The position numbers were made by a program, and so were the translations under genes. The notes under the pieces are model-generated. The model saw nothing but the letters and a program-made list of their open reading frames with translations, was not told the DNA's origin and did no database searches. This document shows positions 55,329 through 61,373 of a DNA stretch of 61,373 nucleotides, piece after piece. Origin of the DNA: an uncultured virus (IMG/VR IMGVR_UViG_3300009128_001768) (taxonomy: Duplodnaviria > Heunggongvirae > Uroviricota > Caudoviricetes); IMG/VR virus record IMGVR_UViG_3300009128_001768, positions 62,001-123,373 of that record. One strand, given 5' to 3'. Every line of letters starts with the position of its first letter. Within the stretch, counting starts at the first letter, position 1.

Positions 55329-56294
55329 TTACCAACCGCGATTCTTTAGGTAGCCACACTTGCTGTAATATTCAATCAATTCGTCTTTGCTCATTTTTTG
55401 AAGCGTTTCCCACAGCTGTTCATTGTGTCGAAATGCTGGATTTGTCACACCAGAATCAGGACCTCGTGGGTGCTCTAAGTGATAAACGATAGATGGTAGC
55501 CTTAAAACATTATACTCTAGCTTCATAAACCTTACAAACCGTTCAACATCTTCGGCACCCCACGAAATAAATTCCTCATTTTCTCCGCCAGCTTGTTTGT
55601 ACTTCTCTGTATTCGCAAATATCGCCTGGCCGTAGGCTGCGCCCCACCTAAGACCGCGGTCGTTTAATATACCACCAAAATCAGAATGGATAATAGCGTC
55701 TACAATCTTTCTATCAGATGACATGTCATCTTCAATAAAAAGACGAAGCTGGTTCTTACCATGACCATACGGATAAACAAAGTCAGCATTTTCATCTCTA
55801 AGTGCCAATGCAGAAACTGCCATTGTTCCCAATGGAAGCAATATGTCTGCATCGAAATTTACGACATACGGTGTATCTACGACTGCCAACATTTCATTCA
55901 AATAGCGTGTACGATGGAACGGTTGATCAGTCGAACGAGTAGCACTTATTATTTTTACTCTTTCAATAAATTTTTGGAGAAATTCATTTGTAATATTCGG
56001 TGTGTACAAGCCTTGTAACCCAGCAACTAAATTTTGTTCTATATTGAGAGTTGGGTCTTCTGCTGCGAAAATCAGTATATTGGCAGATGTATGAATTCGC
56101 AGGTATAAAACGCTGGTTACAAGATTCCATAATCTTACATAAGAATCTGTTGCATATGGAATAATAAATGTGTGATCGCTCAAGTCGAGTTTTTTCTCAT
56201 CAGGACGGTACAGCAATTTGTATAACGTACTCTCTGTATCGAGCTCTACGTTACCCCACTCAGCATTTTTCATATCATCTGGAAACCAAGACAT
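55329..56294 (-). CDS. GT7C/GT2-like galactosyltransferase-type glycosyltransferase
   Basis: TFIIPY, FHRTRYLN, NFDAD, GGENEEFISWGAED and YHLEHPR. Start placed at ATG 56294 with an AGGAG SD. Confidence 0.75.
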   Translation of the reverse strand: MSWFPDDMKNAEWGNVELDTESTLYKLLYRPDEKKLDLSDHTFIIPYATDSYVRLWNLVTSVLYLRIHTSANILIFAAEDPTLNIEQNLVAGLQGLYTPNITNEFLQKFIERVKIISATRSTDQPFHRTRYLNEMLAVVDTPYVVNFDADILLPLGTMAVSALALRDENADFVYPYGHGKNQLRLFIEDDMSSDRKIVDAIIHSDFGGILNDRGLRWGAAYGQAIFANTEKYKQAGGENEEFISWGAEDVERFVRFMKLEYNVLRLPSIVYHLEHPRGPDSGVTNPAFRHNEQLWETLQKMSKDELIEYYSKCGYLKNRGW

Positions 56295-56302
56295 TATTTC
56301 TC

Positions 56303-57103
56303 CTACAGCAAGCCCCATCCCGGTGGGTAAATTGTACTCCAGTCTTTCGGCCCCTCAGGACCAAACCAGCGCTGGGGCGCGATAACAAGATTAGTACTTG
56401 TTGATAACCAAGCCCCCCACCAGCTAAACGAAGAATTAGCGATTACGTGAGCGTCACATTTAGTCATCATACACATATCTTCGAATTGGTTTTCACCTGG
56501 GGAAGCCAAAATCTCTGGGGGCAAAGTCTCTTGAAGCCACTCAGCATCATCTGAAAACGCTACAAATTTAATGTCAGGAAATTTATTTAGCATAATCGAG
56601 ATTGCCGTGTTGTAGTATTCTGCTTCTAGATTAGTGTGAAAATTTGGGAACTCTAGATAATCGGAGCGCCTGAAATGTACGGCACATACAAGAGAATCAG
56701 AAGATCGAATATCATCTATTTTTCCTTGAGCAACAGAATCTATATCTCTGCTAAATTGAAACTCTTCTCTCAACTCCTCCTGGAATTTAGAGAAGTAAAG
56801 GGGAGACTGGAAGTAACCATGAATATCACAATTGTCCATTAACAAAAACAGGTTTGGTGAAAATAAAAAGCTCTCTTCTTGATATTGCCCTTTAGCCTCA
56901 ATGTCGTCTATTTTTTTCGCGGACAAATTGGGGAAGGCCTCAACAATACTAAGCGGCTTTGTAGTATTCTTAAACACCTCAACTGCAGCGGCAGGTATAC
57001 CAATGTCAATTTGTCTATTTTTGCCCAACGCAAAAAGCGTGGCATATTGGAACATTTGATTTCCAATCCTTCCATTTTTTCCTAATTCAGAATAAAAAAA
57101 CAT
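56303..57103 (-). CDS. Alpha-1,2-fucosyltransferase, GT11
   Basis: 266 aa with GRIGNQMFQYA, GYFQS, VHFRRSDY, FSDD and IANSSFSWWGAWL. Confidence 0.9.
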   Translation of the reverse strand: MFFYSELGKNGRIGNQMFQYATLFALGKNRQIDIGIPAAAVEVFKNTTKPLSIVEAFPNLSAKKIDDIEAKGQYQEESFLFSPNLFLLMDNCDIHGYFQSPLYFSKFQEELREEFQFSRDIDSVAQGKIDDIRSSDSLVCAVHFRRSDYLEFPNFHTNLEAEYYNTAISIMLNKFPDIKFVAFSDDAEWLQETLPPEILASPGENQFEDMCMMTKCDAHVIANSSFSWWGAWLSTSTNLVIAPQRWFGPEGPKDWSTIYPPGWGLL

Positions 57104-57114
57104 CTAATTTTCAC

Positions 57115-58257
57115 CTATTGCCATTTAAATAATTCACCCATGTCCAGGCTCTTCCATTTTCGAGCTTTGTAATATTCACAATTTTCATAATAATTCTTGA
57201 TCCAATCAACATCTTTGTCTTGTAGCGAAACCCACAAGTCTTCATTCGATTGAAAATGCGGATTAGACTTTCCAGAATCAAGACCTCGAGGATGCTCGAG
57301 ATGTACAACAGGATAAGGAAATCTCATAACTTTAAACCCAAGCTTCGAAAACCTAGTAAACCTCTCTATATCTTCAGCACCCCACGAAACAAAATTCTCA
57401 TTCTCTCCGTACGCCCTCAAATAAGCTTCTGTCTTCGCAAAAAATATGTGACCAAAGGCCGATGACCAGGGAACACTCACTACGTCTAATATTGTATTTT
57501 GATAATATAACAAATCAATATTGTCTTTTGCAATCAATTCAATGATTGCATATGCCAACTCCGCTGAAGCTGCTTCTTCAGCTTCGCGGTGGCCGTCGGG
57601 GGCGCTTGAGGTCTCAAGCTGGTGCTTTGCCCATACCCTTAAAGAATACTGGCCATGACCGTATGGATAAATAAAATCAGCAACGCCATCTCCATCCAGT
57701 GTGGTGCTTAACATAGTCTGTGCCAGCCTGATCGTCGATGCGTCGATTAAGACGTCGGCGTCTAAATTTGCGACATATCGAGTTGTAACTTGCTCAAGCA
57801 TATCATTAAGATAAAGTGTTCGATGAAATGGTTCTCCAGGTTTCCGGGGTCGTAATATTACAGTGAGCCGACCAAGCGCTACCTTTTCAAAGGTGTCGCC
57901 ACCCCACCATTGAGCAAGCGTAGCAAAAAAATAACCCTCGTAATTCCAGTTTCTACCGTTGTTACCAAGTCTCGGGTTATTTTGTAATTCATCCAGTGTG
58001 TAATTTACGTCTGCTATTGTAAGAAGAATCTTTGAACTGGTGTTCATCAATAAGTGCGATACAACAAGACATAAATTGATTACCCGTGATAAAGAATCTG
58101 CAGCGAAAGGTATCATAAAAGTGAGCTCTGGATTGGAACGTGTGCACCTATCCAGCAACCGACCCTGTCCTAAGAGTCGCCAATCGATTTCAGGAGCAGT
58201 ACCATCGAAATTGATCATATCTTTTAGCGCTTTGGGTGCCCATTGACTATCGCTCAT
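57115..58257 (-). CDS. GT7C/GT2-like glycosyltransferase (paralogue of 55329-56294)
   Basis: TFMIPF, FHRTLYLN, NLDAD, GENENFVSWGAED and VHLEHPRG. Start likely ATG 58257 after an AGGA SD. Confidence 0.75.
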   Translation of the reverse strand: MSDSQWAPKALKDMINFDGTAPEIDWRLLGQGRLLDRCTRSNPELTFMIPFAADSLSRVINLCLVVSHLLMNTSSKILLTIADVNYTLDELQNNPRLGNNGRNWNYEGYFFATLAQWWGGDTFEKVALGRLTVILRPRKPGEPFHRTLYLNDMLEQVTTRYVANLDADVLIDASTIRLAQTMLSTTLDGDGVADFIYPYGHGQYSLRVWAKHQLETSSAPDGHREAEEAASAELAYAIIELIAKDNIDLLYYQNTILDVVSVPWSSAFGHIFFAKTEAYLRAYGENENFVSWGAEDIERFTRFSKLGFKVMRFPYPVVHLEHPRGLDSGKSNPHFQSNEDLWVSLQDKDVDWIKNYYENCEYYKARKWKSLDMGELFKWQ

Positions 58258-59029
58258 ATTTCCTTTCAATCTCCCAATCGTAAATCACTTCCTGCCTATC
58301 ACCAGAAATTACACCCTGAAGTTTGTATAGTTGGTAATACATCGTCGACAAAACTCTGACAACTCTCGGATCATATTTTTGATTGTCCCAGTCGGTCGGT
58401 GCCTGAGTGTAATCAACTAATACTTCTGGTAAATTTGCAAAGGCGAAATATGGTATAGCCTTTAACCATAAATGCATATCTTGCGCTAGTGGAAAATGCT
58501 CACTATAACCACCAGCTATTAGCGGCACCTCTCGTCTCATGACAACAGAAGAATGACAAAAAGCGTTCTGCCCTTGGATCAAAAAATACTTGATATTGTG
58601 ATCATCAGGCGGGTACACAACTGGGCGCCCCATTGATCCAAGCTCTTCTTCTTCGCCGGCCGCATTCACTAATCGTATTCGAGTTCCCAGAACACCTACT
58701 TCTGGATTTGAATCTAAAAATGCGACCTGCTTCTCTAGCTTACTTGGATACCAATAGTCATCATCGTCTTGTCGAGCGATATAAGGAGAATCGCTGTTGT
58801 ATATCCCAGTGTTTAAAGCTGCTGGATGGCCAGGAGTCTTGCACTTAACAACTCGTATGTTCGCAGTCTCAGAATATTCTTTTGCTATCTCAAGTGTATT
58901 ATCAGTACAATTGTTGTCCACTAAAATTGTTTCAAAATCCCGATACGTCTGCTCAGCAACGGACTTAAGTGCTCGACCGATCGTTTTTCCGCCATTGTGA
59001 ACTGCTAGTACAATACTGACCTTAGCCAT
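58247..59029 (-). CDS. Glycosyltransferase, GT2
   Basis: 260 aa with VSIVLAVHN, VDNNCTDNT, ALNTG, IARQDDDD and KLEKQ. Confidence 0.9.
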   Translation of the reverse strand: MAKVSIVLAVHNGGKTIGRALKSVAEQTYRDFETILVDNNCTDNTLEIAKEYSETANIRVVKCKTPGHPAALNTGIYNSDSPYIARQDDDDYWYPSKLEKQVAFLDSNPEVGVLGTRIRLVNAAGEEEELGSMGRPVVYPPDDHNIKYFLIQGQNAFCHSSVVMRREVPLIAGGYSEHFPLAQDMHLWLKAIPYFAFANLPEVLVDYTQAPTDWDNQKYDPRVVRVLSTMYYQLYKLQGVISGDRQEVIYDWEIERKYER

Positions 59030-59043
59030 TGAATCCTTCCTGG

Positions 59044-60966
59044 CTAATCTGAGTGCTTCTTAAGAAATGCAACGGGATGTTCTCTATTAATCGTTATGTG
59101 TGGTGTCGGTTCAGAAAAATCAATCTTTCTGTGAAATATCCACCCACCAAGTTGATCAGCCAATCGAACTGCCAAATTATCAATATCGTTATCCGTCACT
59201 TCCTCCCACGGCTTATCAAACATGACGTTGTTCTCGGCGGTGTCCTCAGCATCATGACGATATTGGCTTTTCCAAAACGCCCCCCAGTGCTTCTTATATT
59301 GCTTTATCTTATTACCAATGTCAAACCATGAATAATGGTGTACGCCGGGGAGATGATCGACAACGGCGTTAAACCACTCTTCGTATGCTTCTAAAGCATC
59401 TGCGTTCCCTGACAGCGACGCAGCCCTCATTTCATGTACATCCTGAGAGTAAAATGACCAAAACTGTAGTCTCTCCCGTGATTCGGCATGGATGTAATCG
59501 CACGTGTCAGTGCCAAATGCAGCGTACTCATTACCATCATCATCAAACCGACGCAAATCTGCTGGTATACCTTGTGTGATGTGTGGCAGGTTCCTGCTCA
59601 AACGCCATTTCCAAGGATTCACATCAACCCTAACTTTCTCAATCGACCCCCAATACTCAATAATAGGTAACGCAATAACATCGATAAGCTTCGGAAATGA
59701 CATTAAGATTTGATGAATTTTTGCATAGTCTGTTTCATGCACAATTTCATCAGCGTCCATTTGCCAACAATAGTCGCTAGTGCATAGCTCTCTTGCGCGA
59801 GCCTTTAATTTACCATCAGATTCATATGCAAAGCTTGGGTGTGTCGGATCAATTGCGAAACGCTTAACGACTAATCGCGATTCATCTCTTGAATACGCTT
59901 CCAGCTCCTCCCAAGTGTTGTCGGTTGAACCACCGTCTACAACAACAACCTCATTACAAAATCCGAGCATTGACTCTATACAAGCCTTCCATGGATATCC
60001 CATATCATTTGCATTTCTAACAGTCACATATCCACTAAGCGTTGGAACATAGTTCATTGTATTTTTAATCGTGCTCCAGAATCGATTACGAGCTGCGTAC
60101 AAATACGACAATGTGTCTATAATCGAAGAAGAAGTAAACCATTCTTCGTCCTTATGTTGAACGTGGTCATTCAATACTAGCTCACATCCCAAAAGCTTTG
60201 CCTCAATTACCATTCGCGGACATGTATCACCACCCTCTGGAAGGTAAACGAATCCTTGTGCAACAGCTAGCTTCTGAAGAATATCTTGATACGGAATATT
60301 CCAAACAACCTCATACTCTAAATTGTTTTCCTGACAATAGGCTTCTGCAGCGCCGGCACCCTTAATCCAAGAATCAGAACCGAGGACAATCCATCCTTTC
60401 TTTTCTGTGTCTTTATTTTGCTCAGTCAATACCTTGATAGCAGCAAAGAAACTTTCATCAAATACGCTGCTAAGAACAACCCTTGTATTTTCTGACAAGA
60501 AAGGAAATCTCTCTAAATATCTTTGTTCTTGTTCTTCGCTCATCCACCAGATAGACTGGGCACCGTGGAAGAAAGATGATATAATTTTACCATGAATTTG
60601 ATCATGACAGTTACATTCATTTCCTGTTTCAAACTTGTGTTTTTCTATTGAACGATATGCACAGAACTTATAGTCATATTCTAGAATAGAATATTTCATA
60701 TTCCCCACTATACTAGGAATTAGTTCTGGATTAAGCGAACTGAAATTTCCAAATATCCAATATTTTTCCACTCCAGCGGCCAACAGTTCCATTGTGACAT
60801 GTGCTGCATGTAATTTCTGTACATTCAAGCCTGAGGAAGATGCTAACGCTTCTGTGGTTAATTCAGCTCCACCTACGTAATCTTCAACAAACATGTCTGC
60901 AACGAATACAACATCAGCAGATTGATCAATTGTTACTGTGTTGGTTTCAAACGGACTACTAAACAT
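59044..60966 (-). CDS. Bifunctional glycosyltransferase (N-terminal GT-B-like, C-terminal GT2)
   Basis: 640 aa. N-half has GGAE, WIKG and DTCPRMVIEAKLLG; C-half has VVVDGGSTDNT and QMDADE. Confidence 0.75.
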   Translation of the reverse strand: MFSSPFETNTVTIDQSADVVFVADMFVEDYVGGAELTTEALASSSGLNVQKLHAAHVTMELLAAGVEKYWIFGNFSSLNPELIPSIVGNMKYSILEYDYKFCAYRSIEKHKFETGNECNCHDQIHGKIISSFFHGAQSIWWMSEEQEQRYLERFPFLSENTRVVLSSVFDESFFAAIKVLTEQNKDTEKKGWIVLGSDSWIKGAGAAEAYCQENNLEYEVVWNIPYQDILQKLAVAQGFVYLPEGGDTCPRMVIEAKLLGCELVLNDHVQHKDEEWFTSSSIIDTLSYLYAARNRFWSTIKNTMNYVPTLSGYVTVRNANDMGYPWKACIESMLGFCNEVVVVDGGSTDNTWEELEAYSRDESRLVVKRFAIDPTHPSFAYESDGKLKARARELCTSDYCWQMDADEIVHETDYAKIHQILMSFPKLIDVIALPIIEYWGSIEKVRVDVNPWKWRLSRNLPHITQGIPADLRRFDDDGNEYAAFGTDTCDYIHAESRERLQFWSFYSQDVHEMRAASLSGNADALEAYEEWFNAVVDHLPGVHHYSWFDIGNKIKQYKKHWGAFWKSQYRHDAEDTAENNVMFDKPWEEVTDNDIDNLAVRLADQLGGWIFHRKIDFSEPTPHITINREHPVAFLKKHSD

Positions 60967-60983
60967 TCAGGTACCTCACCAGA

Positions 60984-61011
60984 ATAATAACCCCTGGCGG
61001 GCCACTGTATA
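60984..61011 (-). promoter_or_regulatory. Putative sigma70-like promoter TATACA-N16-TATTAT heading the glycan operon
   Basis: Lies in the 180-nt AT-rich gap and is followed by a GAGGTAC SD. Same layout as 32899-32926. Confidence 0.45.
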
Positions 61012-61146
61012 AAGAAAAGAAATTGAATTATTTTCCTGTACAAATTTTACAGAGCTATTATTCTAATTCTGAATTCAGCTCCTCAGTAATCCAGTATATC
61101 TGTTTTCTTTAGTAAATTTTTCTAATTTAATAATTTAATTGATCAA

Positions 61147-61371
61147 TTAACCAATTTTTCTAATACTAATTGTCGACCCGGTATTGACAGTACCGCCAGA
61201 AGTGTCATCTATATAAATCTGGATGTAGTCATTAGCATTCAGGTGAAATATTCCTGTGAGGGTTCTCTCCACTGGATCGACTGATGTGTGGACTTGGGTT
61301 GTCGCCGTTATTTCTGCAGTGGTGTTGACATATAGGAGAAGACTGCAGTCTGTGGACTGCGCTTCTAGGAT
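61147..61371 (-). CDS. C-terminal fragment of a protein with a C1q/BclA-like beta domain (enters from the right edge; absent from the ORF track)
   Basis: Open frame ILEAQSTDCSLLLYVN...TLTGIFHLNANDYIQIYI...GSTISIRKIG*, with TAA at 61147-61149. LxxNDYIxIY resembles C1q/TNF-like fibre tips. Confidence 0.55.
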   Translation of the reverse strand: MLEAQSTDCSLLLYVNTTAEITATTQVHTSVDPVERTLTGIFHLNANDYIQIYIDDTSGGTVNTGSTISIRKIG

Positions 61372-61373
61372 AC

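Larger units (their letters stand above)
1..61373 (-). mobile_element. Fragment of a large myovirus-type tailed phage genome (structural module plus glycan-biosynthesis island)
   Basis: Contains gp25-like and gp6-like baseplate genes, tail-fibre and LamG proteins, a gp55-like sigma factor and a PD-(D/E)XK nuclease. Genes are single-stranded in orientation and densely packed. No integrase, att site or host housekeeping gene is seen. Confidence 0.85.

Noticed and set aside
30463..60966. Ordinary bacterial O-antigen/capsule locus
   Set aside because: No wzx, wzy, wzm/wzt or initiating transferase is seen, and the region is continuous with phage sigma and baseplate genes. A chimeric assembly cannot be excluded without reads.
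1..61373. Alternative genetic code, tRNA or rRNA genes
   Set aside because: Standard-code ORFs tile the window almost fully, using TAA, TAG and TGA stops. The intergenic gaps are short and show no tRNA-like structure.

Overview
The window looks like part of a large contractile-tailed (myovirus-type) phage genome. All 52 credible CDSs lie on the minus strand and are tightly packed, and many have AGGA/GAGG-type Shine-Dalgarno motifs. Transcription runs right to left through three blocks. (1) A ~30 kb glycan-biosynthesis island (30.5-61.0 kb) encodes about 10 glycosyltransferases (GT2, GT4, GT7C-like, GT11), GDP-fucose synthesis (gmd, fcl), an RmlB-like dehydratase, HldA/HldC/HldD-like heptose enzymes with a split transketolase and a cupin, a Ugd + HisC-like + CapK-like + HAD cassette, two sulfotransferases and three methyltransferase genes. 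A Cas4/RecB-like nuclease sits inside this island. (2) A gp55-like sigma factor and two small genes follow. (3) A virion module holds gp5-like, gp25-like and gp6-like baseplate genes, large LamG-domain proteins and repeat-rich tail fibres. No flippase, polymerase or Und-P initiating transferase is visible, so the island may glycosylate the virion itself. A short [ST]-[GAS]-S motif is strongly enriched in a subset of the structural proteins and is a candidate glycosylation sequon. All calls come from motif recognition by eye; no database searches were run.
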